This document shows, in pieces, positions 56,356 through 64,000 of a stretch of 64,000 nt of DNA. Every line of letters starts with the position of its first letter. Position 1 is the stretch's first letter. Origin of the DNA: a virus; IMG/VR virus record IMGVR_UViG_3300045988_072432. One strand, written 5' to 3'. The translations under genes and the position numbers were made by a program. The notes beneath the pieces are model-generated. The model searched no databases. It saw only the letters and a list, made by a program, of their open reading frames with translations, and was not told where the DNA came from.

Positions 56356-56707
56356 GGGGCTTAGCGATTATGGATATGAATCCTTGTGGATATTGAGTAT
56401 AGAATAATTGATAGTTCCCTGTGGGCAAGAAGACTTGCATTATGTTTGCAAGTAATGGGTAGATTTTCCATTGGTTTTCCTCTAGAAACTTGTCCCAGGC
56501 TTCTGATTCTTCGGGATAATTTCCAGAAAGTTGAATGTGATATTCCTTTTGTTCCGGAATAAATAAATTGGTTACTATCTGAATTTCGTCTGATTCCTTT
56601 TTGTATTGAGTAATAGGATACCAGATGCCTTCGGTTTTCCATTTATTGAGTTGGAACAAGGACATGCCCTGTTCCAGTACGTTTAAAAGTTTATATAAGT
56701 TTACCAT
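56345..56707 (-). CDS. hypothetical early protein
   Basis: 120 aa. Confidence 0.55.
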   Translation of the reverse strand: MVNLYKLLNVLEQGMSLFQLNKWKTEGIWYPITQYKKESDEIQIVTNLFIPEQKEYHIQLSGNYPEESEAWDKFLEENQWKIYPLLANIMQVFLPTGNYQLFYTQYPQGFISIIAKPHDK

Positions 56708-56712
56708 AGTGA

Positions 56713-57234
56713 TTATTTATTAAGTTGTCTAATGAGTTCTGATGCAGCCAGGGAATCAAAGAGTTGGGTTTCTCTTTTGTCGGATTCCCATTTTTCGAGA
56801 GCATTATATGTTGCCGTATATTGATATATCATGTCCTCATCTTGTTCCTCGTCCTGGATGAATTCCCGGAGATGTTTTTTGAGTCCAGTAATTATGTAAT
56901 CCTGATGTTCTGGAGTTAATTGAGGAATACCAAATATGATAGCTTCTACCTGTGATGGAGAATAATCATAGTATTGGTCGTCAGCACCCTTTGTTAGATC
57001 CATGTGGGAGATGATGTTTTCCTTTAAGTTTTCGAATAAGTCTTCCTCTGAGGAGTATACCATTATGTAACCAGAGATATAAGAAGCAAGTGGATCATCA
57101 TCCAGATCAATTGAGTAGACCCAGATATGTTTTGAATCCTTGTTAATATGGAGACCATCAGCATAGTCGTAAGTAAAAAATGGGTGGGCAGCAAGCAAGT
57201 TGCGGATTTCGCTTAAATTTTTTAAATCATTCAT
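56713..57234 (-). CDS. hypothetical early protein
   Basis: 173 aa, very acidic. First gene after the promoter at 57277. Confidence 0.6.
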   Translation of the reverse strand: MNDLKNLSEIRNLLAAHPFFTYDYADGLHINKDSKHIWVYSIDLDDDPLASYISGYIMVYSSEEDLFENLKENIISHMDLTKGADDQYYDYSPSQVEAIIFGIPQLTPEHQDYIITGLKKHLREFIQDEEQDEDMIYQYTATYNALEKWESDKRETQLFDSLAASELIRQLNK

Positions 57235-57258
57235 AACGTCTATATTTAAAAATTATTT

Positions 57259-57272
57259 GAGAAATATTTCTC
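57259..57272. promoter_or_regulatory. 14-bp palindrome GAGAAATATTTCTC (operator-like)
   Basis: Lies between the promoter element (57277-57284) and the ATG at 57234. Shares the core GAAATATTTC with 52921-52942. Confidence 0.4.
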
Positions 57273-57276
57273 ACTG

Positions 57277-57284
57277 CAAATATA
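57277..57284 (-). promoter_or_regulatory. early promoter, TATATTTG
   Basis: Minus strand TTTATATTTGCAGTG, 43 nt upstream of the ATG at 57234. Confidence 0.55.
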
Positions 57285-57324
57285 AATATAATATTTGAAT
57301 TATATACTATATTTCTATTTCTTT

Positions 57325-57750
57325 TTATAAATACGGGAGTTCTAGGATGTGTTTGAGATGCATCCTAGAATTATTTTGATTAGTACTGCCCCGTAAAATT
57401 GTAAAATTGATAATGATAAATAATGAAGTATCATTGAAATGAACCGAGATAGTATCTCCATCGGAGTTTGCCATATAATGACCGTTATCGTTGAGTTCCT
57501 TCAGAGGAGTTTCCCAATTAGAATTGATATACTGAATGACCTTGTTTTCGAATGATTTGGATTCTTCGACGTAGATATCAGAATCGGCATCATCATCGGG
57601 GTAATTTGAAAAGTTGAGATTAAGAGTTCCCAAATAAGATTCATCCGGATTCGAGATTTCCTGATAGAAATCGTGTCTGTAGAAGAATTGCTTTTGAGTT
57701 CCATCGAATTGTTCTTTGATAAAATCCCTGATTTCTGTAATCGTTATCAT
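57325..57750 (-). CDS. hypothetical early protein
   Basis: 141 aa, acidic. Confidence 0.55.
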   Translation of the reverse strand: MITITEIRDFIKEQFDGTQKQFFYRHDFYQEISNPDESYLGTLNLNFSNYPDDDADSDIYVEESKSFENKVIQYINSNWETPLKELNDNGHYMANSDGDTISVHFNDTSLFIIINFTILRGSTNQNNSRMHLKHILELPYL

Positions 57751-57821
57751 AATGATTGAGTTTTGTGACCCGTTGCGGGGTCGGATTAATAATAATAATA
57801 ATATTATTTCTTTTCTCTTTG

Positions 57822-57829
57822 CAAATATA
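57822..57829 (-). promoter_or_regulatory. early promoter cassette, TTTG-N20-TATATTTG
   Basis: Minus strand TTATTTGCATATATAATATATTATTCTTATATTTGCAAAG. Both the -33-like and -7-like elements are present. Confidence 0.6.
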
Positions 57830-57863
57830 AGAATAATATATTATATATGCAAATAAATTTAAA

Positions 57864-57908
57864 GGAGTCCAGGTTCTAGGTTTCGATAGGGATTTGTACC
57901 TGGACTCC
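57864..57908 (-). terminator. 11-bp-stem hairpin after gene 57936-58322
   Basis: GGAGTCCAGGT (57864-57874) pairs with ACCTGGACTCC (57898-57908). Confidence 0.5.
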
Positions 57909-57935
57909 CTGGGGATATATTAACGGATTTAGGGA

Positions 57936-58322
57936 TTAGTATAACTCATCGGCCAATAACGGTTCATTATTTGGCTTATTTAGTTTCTCCTTTGAACGTC
58001 TAGTAGCCCAATTCTCGTAGGGTTTGTAACTAAATGTACGCATTGTTTCATCGTATGCAGCATATACCATTCGTTTACGAGAGATTCTCCTTCCGTAAGT
58101 TTTCTTAAGATTAGCAAACCAATCTAGATACTCCTGTAAAGAGTTAAAAGTTTCTTTATGCCCGTCTAAATTACTTTTGGGACGGGTTTTCCATGTTGCT
58201 TCTATATAGCATTGGTGTAAGGTGATTGATATAAAGTATCTGCACCAGGTAGCACTAATGATAGTGCCCGTGGAGATTTCGATCTCCTGGGCAACTAATG
58301 GTCTAACGTTATACTTTGTCAT
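57936..58322 (-). CDS. hypothetical early protein
   Basis: 128 aa, basic. Confidence 0.55.
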   Translation of the reverse strand: MTKYNVRPLVAQEIEISTGTIISATWCRYFISITLHQCYIEATWKTRPKSNLDGHKETFNSLQEYLDWFANLKKTYGRRISRKRMVYAAYDETMRTFSYKPYENWATRRSKEKLNKPNNEPLLADELY

Positions 58323-58705
58323 GATATTGAGAAATTAAGTTGGAAAATCCAGTTGTTTCTATCGAGTTGATTGAATGATATGAACATCCCATCATTATCG
58401 GTGAATTCATTCATGAACCGAATTGCAGCATCCGCTAATTGTCCCTTATAGGGATTGGTATCTGCAGTTATCACTGATTCGAATGTAAATGTATAATAGG
58501 TAGTCTCATATATTTGGATTTGGTTGATATCCAAGCAATTGAGTTTGTAATCCTCTTCCAGTTGAATGAGGAGTCCCATTAGAAGATTTAAGAGATGACC
58601 CTGTTCATCAGAGTCGAGTTCAAATGTAGATTTCTTGTCTAAGAAATTGCGAACTACCTTAGTTAGTTGTTCGTCTTGATTGTAAGTTACTGAGTTGGTT
58701 TTCAT
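58319..58705 (-). CDS. hypothetical early protein
   Basis: Start trimmed to ATG 58705 (MKTNSVTYNQ). The track extension MHINFKIDKN is a translation of the promoter cassette. Confidence 0.55.
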   Translation of the reverse strand: MKTNSVTYNQDEQLTKVVRNFLDKKSTFELDSDEQGHLLNLLMGLLIQLEEDYKLNCLDINQIQIYETTYYTFTFESVITADTNPYKGQLADAAIRFMNEFTDNDGMFISFNQLDRNNWIFQLNFSIS

Positions 58706-58732
58706 ATTTTTGTCTATTTTAAAATTGATATG

Positions 58733-58740
58733 CAAATATA
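58733..58740 (-). promoter_or_regulatory. early promoter cassette (about 40-bp repeat, copy 1)
   Basis: Plus strand 58703-58742 catatttttgtctattttaaaattgatatgcaaatataat differs at one position from 60842-60881. Confidence 0.6.
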
Positions 58741-58810
58741 ATCATTTTTATTTTAATACTAAAATATATCCCTTTTATTTTTAAAGTGGCTGAGGATGTG
58801 TACACGCTAT

Positions 58811-58837
58811 GAAAGGCAGTGGATTAGACTGCCTTTC
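58811..58837 (-). terminator. 10-bp-stem hairpin after gene 58842-59348
   Basis: GAAAGGCAGT (58811-58820) pairs with ACTGCCTTTC (58828-58837). Confidence 0.5.
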
Positions 58838-58841
58838 AAAT

Positions 58842-59348
58842 TTAGAGAACCAGGGTATTCTTGGCATAATTGCAAGCATCCTCAAGGATATATGGAGCAG
58901 AAGAGCATAAAGCAGCATAGCCAACTCGATTCAAATCATGATTTTTCTTTTCTAATTCCTCTTTGATTATCTTTTTAAGAGATTCCCCAATCTTCTGAGA
59001 TAACTCTTGAGATTGATAATAGATTCTCAATTGGTTGATAAGGTCTTTTAGGGCTTCATCACTGGGTGTTAAACATTCAGCCTTATCAAGATCTAGGATT
59101 CCATCCCCAAGGTCTTTCCAAATCTCAAACCCAATATGAATTATCTCTTCGGTAAATCCCCCGAACTCTTCATATTCGAGTTTAGTACCCTTATCAAATC
59201 CCCAATAATATCTGGCTAAAGGTATCAGATATCCCGTTAACCTTTGGGGAACTAGATTCTCTATATAATGATCCAAAGTAATTATATAGACCTTATTAGG
59301 CCTCAGTGTTACTGCTATCCTGCATATTCGCTTTGTTGTCTGGCTCAT
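58842..59348 (-). CDS. hypothetical early protein
   Basis: 168 aa. Confidence 0.55.
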   Translation of the reverse strand: MSQTTKRICRIAVTLRPNKVYIITLDHYIENLVPQRLTGYLIPLARYYWGFDKGTKLEYEEFGGFTEEIIHIGFEIWKDLGDGILDLDKAECLTPSDEALKDLINQLRIYYQSQELSQKIGESLKKIIKEELEKKNHDLNRVGYAALCSSAPYILEDACNYAKNTLVL

Positions 59349-59664
59349 AGTAGTGTAGTTTTTGAATTACAGCTTGAATATATGTATTCTTCTCACGGTA
59401 TTGAAAGATAATTGAGATAAGCACCTCATCCTTGGGTAGTAACATTTGAATTAGATTCCCTGGTACTACTAAAGTAGGTATACATTTGCATTCTTCTCGA
59501 GAAAAATTCTCGATTATCATTTCGGCTCTTTTTATGGGTTCTGGCTTAGTTGGGTCCAAAGTTAGGATTGGAGCAGTTACGCATTCCTTTAAGCCTTTTG
59601 TTAAGGCCTCATGTAACCATTCATCTTGAATAGTTTCGGCATTTAGCATAGTCATTTTAATCAT
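59296..59664 (-). CDS. hypothetical early protein
   Basis: 122 aa. 53-nt overlap with the downstream gene. Confidence 0.5.
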   Translation of the reverse strand: MIKMTMLNAETIQDEWLHEALTKGLKECVTAPILTLDPTKPEPIKRAEMIIENFSREECKCIPTLVVPGNLIQMLLPKDEVLISIIFQYREKNTYIQAVIQKLHYYEPDNKANMQDSSNTEA

Positions 59665-60008
59665 ATCCGGAATCTATTTAATGTCCATGTTTCGTATAAA
59701 CAGTTTGCTTCTTTGTTCAAGTTTAGGGTTTTAGCCTTACTAAACACCCAAATCTCATAATCTCTATATTCTAAAGCCAATCTACTGAACTTAGAAGTTT
59801 GAAAGATTATTAGACTTGAGGTTCTTGATAGCATATCAGAATGGCAAGTCACCTTATCTGAAGTAATCTTATCCTTAAAAGCCATTAATAAACTCTCATC
59901 TGACTTTTCTTGATTCTCCGTTAGAAGTTTGATAAACTCTACTTCTACATCCTGATTCATGTGTACCTTTCTAAAGGCGAATTTTTCTTTATTTTCCATA
60001 CGTATCAT
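59661..60008 (-). CDS. hypothetical early protein
   Basis: 115 aa. Confidence 0.5.
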   Translation of the reverse strand: MIRMENKEKFAFRKVHMNQDVEVEFIKLLTENQEKSDESLLMAFKDKITSDKVTCHSDMLSRTSSLIIFQTSKFSRLALEYRDYEIWVFSKAKTLNLNKEANCLYETWTLNRFRI

Positions 60009-60624
60009 TTTTAGATAAGAACTCTTGAGCTAGTTCATCTTGAGTTCTTTCGATTATATTCTTTACTATAGTTTTATTCTCTACTCTAGCCCAGTGTATG
60101 AGCATACCAAGTTGATTCTCCATATAAGCATCTATGAGATCTGGATTTTTATAAAATAAGTCCCATTGTTTAAGGAAATTAGCCCGTATTAATCTGAGGT
60201 ATTTAATGTCATTGATATCAGACATATCTATATATGGTGATACTCTTTCTTTAGTTTTGACCAATATACCCTCCAGTTGGGATGGGAGGCAAAAACAAGA
60301 TGGCACTCTAAGATAAGTATTCTCACTTGGTACCAAGTGAGTAAAGGTAAACTTATTGTTAAAAACCGAAAAAGTCGAAAATCTCTTATTGAATATGATA
60401 GGTAGTTTGTACAGTAAGAGTACCGGAACAATATCATATATTATGTAATGTTTTCGATATTCCCGATATAAGTCAAAGTAAAGCCTTTCATCAAATTTAC
60501 CCGATTCTTTCATGATTTTCTGCATAGAAGTATAAACGGATCTCATAGCTTCTTTGAATTCTAAGTTATCGCCCCTAAGTTTGATAAGCTCCTTGGAGCA
60601 CCGGTTTCTTTTAAATAAACTCAT
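59989..60624 (-). CDS. hypothetical early protein
   Basis: Start trimmed to ATG 60624 (MSLFKRNRC), 4 nt after the stop of the upstream ORF. Confidence 0.55.
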   Translation of the reverse strand: MSLFKRNRCSKELIKLRGDNLEFKEAMRSVYTSMQKIMKESGKFDERLYFDLYREYRKHYIIYDIVPVLLLYKLPIIFNKRFSTFSVFNNKFTFTHLVPSENTYLRVPSCFCLPSQLEGILVKTKERVSPYIDMSDINDIKYLRLIRANFLKQWDLFYKNPDLIDAYMENQLGMLIHWARVENKTIVKNIIERTQDELAQEFLSKNDTYGK

Positions 60625-60628
60625 GTGA

Positions 60629-60844
60629 TTAAAATGTAAAGTTAATGTATATGTCTCGATTTCCCTTGAAGAATTTTTCATGATTAGAGTCATAATACTT
60701 ATGGCAAGCATAAGATTGAGAATTTCTATCATAATGATTTCTTACCCATACCGGAGCAGTTTCCGTTGGCTTTAATTTAAAGTAAGTACCTTGATTAACC
60801 TTGTTAATCTTGGTTTTCTTGTAACAATTGGTCTGTACTTCCAT
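60629..60844 (-). CDS. hypothetical early protein
   Basis: Start trimmed to ATG 60844 (MEVQTNCYKK). The track extension MYINFKIDKN is the promoter cassette. Confidence 0.5.
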   Translation of the reverse strand: MEVQTNCYKKTKINKVNQGTYFKLKPTETAPVWVRNHYDRNSQSYACHKYYDSNHEKFFKGNRDIYINFTF

Positions 60845-60871
60845 ATTTTTGTCTATTTTAAAATTGATATA

Positions 60872-60879
60872 CAAATATA
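60872..60879 (-). promoter_or_regulatory. early promoter cassette (about 40-bp repeat, copy 2), TATATTTG
   Basis: See 58733-58740. Confidence 0.6.
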
Positions 60880-60915
60880 ATTCTTTCTTTTTAAATATGC
60901 AATAATCCCATATAA

Positions 60916-61869
60916 CTACGGTAGCTTATTATTCCGGAGAAATTGAGATGCAAAAGAGCTATTGTCTTCCTCTTCTGGTAATTCTTCTTCGTAAGTATAG
61001 AGTTCTGGATCTTCTTCATCTGGGTCTATATTCATTTCTATCTCTCTCCTTAATTCATGATGTTCTTTTGAGAATGAAGACATTGCTCCCTTATAGTCAT
61101 CCGTGATTTGCATTAGCTCAGCTTTATTCAAGTTAAGCCCCTCCTTACTGGTATCTACTCCCTCTTGTTTAGTAGCAACAACTTCTGGTAAACTACTGAG
61201 GTCATATCTTGACTCTAACAGTTTAGCTTCTTCGGTTTTATCCATTACCCTTTGGGATTCCAATACAATTTGACGGGCTTCTTCAACTGTGATAGCATTT
61301 TGCTGAGTCACATTGTTCTGTTGATTAAATTGAGCAAATATATTAGTAGTGCTCCCTCCAGTAAGATTACGTACAATTGATTGAAGTGAAGTAGAAGATT
61401 CAAGTTTTAATTTAAGTGCTTTTCCTAATTCAGAAGATATGAAAGGTACATATTTTCCACCCTGAGACTCTCTCAAGATGTTAACCTGATGGGCAATCTC
61501 CATACGATCTTCCAAGACCCATGCTAGTTGTTCTCCCATTAAAGCTTGCAATAAATCTTCTGCCTTATCTTTATCCCATATTCTAGAGCTTAATAGCCTA
61601 TCCCTCATAAATACACGTATGTAATTAATATCTATGCCCATACGGTATGAGAAGGTATTAATATCATAGGTAATACCACATAATACACCATTACCCATCA
61701 ACCATTGATTGATAATGTAATTATGTATCTTCATCAAAAGACTATCATCAGGATTCTTTTGATATTCTAATGCCATAGCTGTAGTTCCCATGGGTCTTGG
61801 GAACCTTACTATCTTACTTTCTTTTTCTGACATACAAATGAGATTTTCGGATATCGGAACTTTCACCAT
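60916..61869 (-). CDS. hypothetical protein with acidic C-terminus
   Basis: 317 aa. C-terminus DPDEEDPELYTYEEELPEEEDN. Confidence 0.6.
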   Translation of the reverse strand: MVKVPISENLICMSEKESKIVRFPRPMGTTAMALEYQKNPDDSLLMKIHNYIINQWLMGNGVLCGITYDINTFSYRMGIDINYIRVFMRDRLLSSRIWDKDKAEDLLQALMGEQLAWVLEDRMEIAHQVNILRESQGGKYVPFISSELGKALKLKLESSTSLQSIVRNLTGGSTTNIFAQFNQQNNVTQQNAITVEEARQIVLESQRVMDKTEEAKLLESRYDLSSLPEVVATKQEGVDTSKEGLNLNKAELMQITDDYKGAMSSFSKEHHELRREIEMNIDPDEEDPELYTYEEELPEEEDNSSFASQFLRNNKLP

Positions 61870-62092
61870 AACCTCTATACTCTAAATCATATCTTACATA
61901 CAAATTCAAAGATAGGTTATAGAAATATCCCCTATACTTTTTCTTATTCACTGATAAATTAAAAGGTTCACCAGAGATTAAGTCCCTGGTGAATATCAAA
62001 TTACCTTTCCCCGTTGTTGGGATTTTAAGGCAAAGTTTATAATCCCCTACCTTAAATTTATTGCCATGAAGGTCTAGGATTTCCTTTGCCAT
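61814..62092 (-). CDS. hypothetical early protein
   Basis: 92 aa. Confidence 0.5.
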   Translation of the reverse strand: MAKEILDLHGNKFKVGDYKLCLKIPTTGKGNLIFTRDLISGEPFNLSVNKKKYRGYFYNLSLNLYVRYDLEYRGYGESSDIRKSHLYVRKRK

Positions 62093-62508
62093 ATTTTTAC
62101 CTTTTTAGGGTTCGAAGGTTTTTTGTCTTGTTTACTACGGTAAGGATTATTAGGCCTTGGGTCATTTTGGATAATCCCCTTCTGTTCTTCGATTAACTTT
62201 TGTACCTCAGGGAATAATTTTTTCCTCAATGGTACTACCTGCGTAGCGAAAAAGGCATTCCATAATTTCTGAGTAAATGGTTCCCCTACCTTAAGTTTCG
62301 AAATTGCCCAGAATTTAGTTTCGAAATTCTTTATTATTTCCTTAAACCGATAGTAATAGATATATCCACACTTTGGATTTATACCTATGGTGGTGTTTTG
62401 GCAATAATCTAGAAAATCTTTACCTAATTCGGATATAAACTCTTCCCTTTTGAAATCATAATTCTCTTGATCGAGTTTAAATAGTTTGACATAATCTATT
62501 GCTTCCAT
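62074..62508 (-). CDS. hypothetical early protein
   Basis: 144 aa, basic C-terminus. Confidence 0.55.
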   Translation of the reverse strand: MEAIDYVKLFKLDQENYDFKREEFISELGKDFLDYCQNTTIGINPKCGYIYYYRFKEIIKNFETKFWAISKLKVGEPFTQKLWNAFFATQVVPLRKKLFPEVQKLIEEQKGIIQNDPRPNNPYRSKQDKKPSNPKKVKIWQRKS

Positions 62509-62514
62509 ATAACT

Positions 62515-62928
62515 TTACTTTGTGATTATTAACTTGGGATATTCATCAGTTATCTGAAATAAATATCCCCTTATATCATCCTCATAGTATGAGGACCAAT
62601 AAACCCTTCTAATTCGAAAATTATCAAGGATTGCCCCTTTCGGTATACCCGTAACATAAAGCCTATGCTTAGGCATCATTGGAGTTATTTCAAATTCACC
62701 AGTAGTAAGTAAATTACCATAGGTACCATAATCTGGCATATTACCAGTAAAACCTGTAGGTTGTAATACATCCATTACTAAGGTGGTTTGTGGTAATTCT
62801 CTTTGATTACATTTTATTATCAATTTCGATTTACCTATATATAGGTCTTTTACTATTGTCCCAAACATTTGTATATAATTATGTGAGTGATACCATTCTT
62901 CTTGAAGTAGAATTGGTTCTGTGAACAT
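62515..62928 (-). CDS. hypothetical early protein
   Basis: 137 aa. Confidence 0.55.
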   Translation of the reverse strand: MFTEPILLQEEWYHSHNYIQMFGTIVKDLYIGKSKLIIKCNQRELPQTTLVMDVLQPTGFTGNMPDYGTYGNLLTTGEFEITPMMPKHRLYVTGIPKGAILDNFRIRRVYWSSYYEDDIRGYLFQITDEYPKLIITK

Positions 62929-63152
62929 TCTTCTAACTTCTTTAATTCTCGACGAGATTCAGTACAAACCCTTTCTGACTTCCGAAGTATATCAGAAATA
63001 TTATCCCAGATTGGTGCCATTGGTTCTACTGGACCTGCATAAACAATTTTGTGTTTAGCATCAATCTGAGGATATTTGGATTTATACTGGTATTTACCTT
63101 TGCAGTAAAGTACGTTATATCTTTCGATTCCGTTTCTTTTTTCGTTTTCCAT
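62853..63152 (-). CDS. hypothetical early protein
   Basis: 99 aa. 76-nt overlap with the downstream gene, so the boundaries are uncertain. Confidence 0.4.
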   Translation of the reverse strand: MENEKRNGIERYNVLYCKGKYQYKSKYPQIDAKHKIVYAGPVEPMAPIWDNISDILRKSERVCTESRRELKKLEECSQNQFYFKKNGITHIIIYKCLGQ

Positions 63153-63414
63153 TTTTGTTATTGTCTATGTAATCGGATATATCATCAAGCTGCCCTAATA
63201 GCAATGCTTGAATAAAGATGTGTATAGGCCTAAAAAAGAAGCTCCTTACGTTATGAGGGTTAATATACCAATCATAAACTATGAAGAACTTCTTTATCTT
63301 AGAATGCTTAAGTGAATGCTGAACTAGCCAAGACTTACAACAACGTTTATGTAATTCGACAAGTTCTTTATCCTGTTTAAGCATCTCCTTATCAGAGAAG
63401 ATAGTGTAATCCAT
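63115..63414 (-). CDS. hypothetical early protein
   Basis: 99 aa. Confidence 0.5.
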   Translation of the reverse strand: MDYTIFSDKEMLKQDKELVELHKRCCKSWLVQHSLKHSKIKKFFIVYDWYINPHNVRSFFFRPIHIFIQALLLGQLDDISDYIDNNKNGKRKKKRNRKI

Positions 63415-63470
63415 TTTGTATGAATTAAAGTGCCCAGGTTATTTATCCCAGGCACTTGGTTAGTAAAGGG

Positions 63471-63965
63471 TTATGCAACTTGTTCTGGTTTGAGAACCTT
63501 TTTCTTAAAGTCCTCGTATGCCTTAGCCGCTGCCTTGAATTCCTTTGAGTTAGAATCTTTGATACGAGCCATGGCAAGTTCCAATCGATGGAGTTCATTA
63601 CGGGTTTGTTGTCTCCATTTCTTCCGGGCAAGTGTGTCTACTACATCCTCGGGATATACATATTTTACTTCTCGGTTGGAGATTACCTGTTCAATGATGG
63701 AGGGTTTCTGTTGTTCTTTTACCTCCTTGACTACCTGTTCTTTTTTAGATTTGGCAAGCTTTGCATTTGGGGTAAGTTCTACCAATTTAGCATTGGCAAA
63801 AGATTTGGCAGCTTCTTGAGCATTTTCTACCAATTCCTTTTTAGTCTTTTTGGCCTTTTCTTTAGAAGCCTTAGAAGTTGTGGACTTTGCATTCTTAATG
63901 CCTTCAAGTTGTTCTGCAACCTTGTTGCTGATAAGGTTAGTAACCTTGTTTTCATTCTTTTTCAT
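63471..63965 (-). CDS. Lys/Ala/Glu-rich protein (possible nucleic-acid-binding)
   Basis: 164 aa. The N-terminal 100 aa are low-complexity and K-rich (KASKEKAKKTKKEL, AKLAKSKKEQVVKEVKEQQK). An imperfect hairpin follows at about 63433-63462. Confidence 0.55.
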   Translation of the reverse strand: MKKNENKVTNLISNKVAEQLEGIKNAKSTTSKASKEKAKKTKKELVENAQEAAKSFANAKLVELTPNAKLAKSKKEQVVKEVKEQQKPSIIEQVISNREVKYVYPEDVVDTLARKKWRQQTRNELHRLELAMARIKDSNSKEFKAAAKAYEDFKKKVLKPEQVA

Positions 63966-64000
63966 AATGTCTATATTAAAATGTTAGTAAATTGATTTCT

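Noticed and set aside
1-64000. First impression of a crAss-like (podovirus) gut phage, because of the BACON domains, AT-rich genome and Bacteroidota-type promoters.
   Set aside because: The window encodes a full contractile-tail set (sheath, gp19-like tube, tape measure, gpV/W/J baseplate) and a 373-aa HK97-type MCP. That is a myovirus-type architecture, and no crAss-type giant RNA polymerase or crAss gene order is visible.
1-64000. Stop-codon reassignment (TAG or TGA recoding), as reported for some gut phages.
   Set aside because: Late genes, including a 2046-aa ORF, are uninterrupted under the standard code. TAA, TGA and TAG are all seen as terminators (for example TAG at 8963, TGA at 664 and 51119). 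Reading through the TAGs next to the G-runs at 50391 and 51043 would not supply a start codon or restore the conserved frame.
1-64000. Diversity-generating retroelement, retron, or integrase/lysogeny module.
   Set aside because: No reverse-transcriptase-like ORF (no YxDD-type motif context), no template/variable repeat pair that I could see next to the fibre genes, and no integrase, repressor or excisionase candidates. Their absence from this window does not exclude them elsewhere in the genome.

Overview
The window reads as 64 kb of a tailed dsDNA phage genome with a contractile-tail (myovirus-type) virion module. I saw no cellular housekeeping genes, rRNA, tRNA, CRISPR array or integrase.

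Layout:
1. 1-8.0 kb, minus strand: replication module with an SF2 DEAD helicase, a ferritin-like protein, a DnaG-type primase and a DnaB-like helicase. Three paralogous free-standing HNH homing endonuclease genes are interleaved.
2. 8.2-8.8 kb, plus strand: a lone sigma-factor-like ORF.
3. 9.0-45.2 kb, minus strand: one long late block. Read from 45.2 kb downward it runs TerL, portal, protease/scaffold, decoration, HK97-like MCP, connector genes, a 2046-aa fibre with an S74 chaperone, a BACON-repeat protein and a Gly/Cys-rich protein. It continues with sheath, tube, chaperones, tape measure, LysM/gpX, hub, spike, gp25/W, J and an I-like Ig-repeat protein, then a holin-like gene and a collar-domain fibre.
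4. 45.2-48.1 kb, minus strand: muramidase endolysin, an HExxH membrane protein, a C5-methyltransferase-like gene and a membrane/beta-rich protein.
5. 48.2-49.7 kb, plus strand: four small genes.
6. 49.7-51.9 kb, minus strand: three tandem BACON-like paralogues.
7. 52.0-52.5 kb, plus strand: two small genes.
8. 52.5-55.5 kb: a gene-poor, repeat-dense region that includes an AT-rich island.
9. 55.5-64.0 kb, minus strand: about 20 small early-type ORFs driven by reiterated promoter cassettes.

Host inference: the intergenic TAnnTTTG motifs, A-rich leaders without Shine-Dalgarno sequences and BACON-like domains all point to a Bacteroidota host.

Most interesting observations:
- In two of the three tandem paralogues the conserved N-terminal coding sequence is out of frame with an upstream ATG across a G-run. 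This suggests phase variation, programmed frameshifting, or a homopolymer sequencing error.
- The 52.5-55.5 kb region looks like a replication origin or genome terminus.
- The GC-rich gene at 28037-28750 encodes a protein with three CCC triplets and is followed by the strongest terminator in the window.

All functional calls come from motif recognition by eye. No searches were run.
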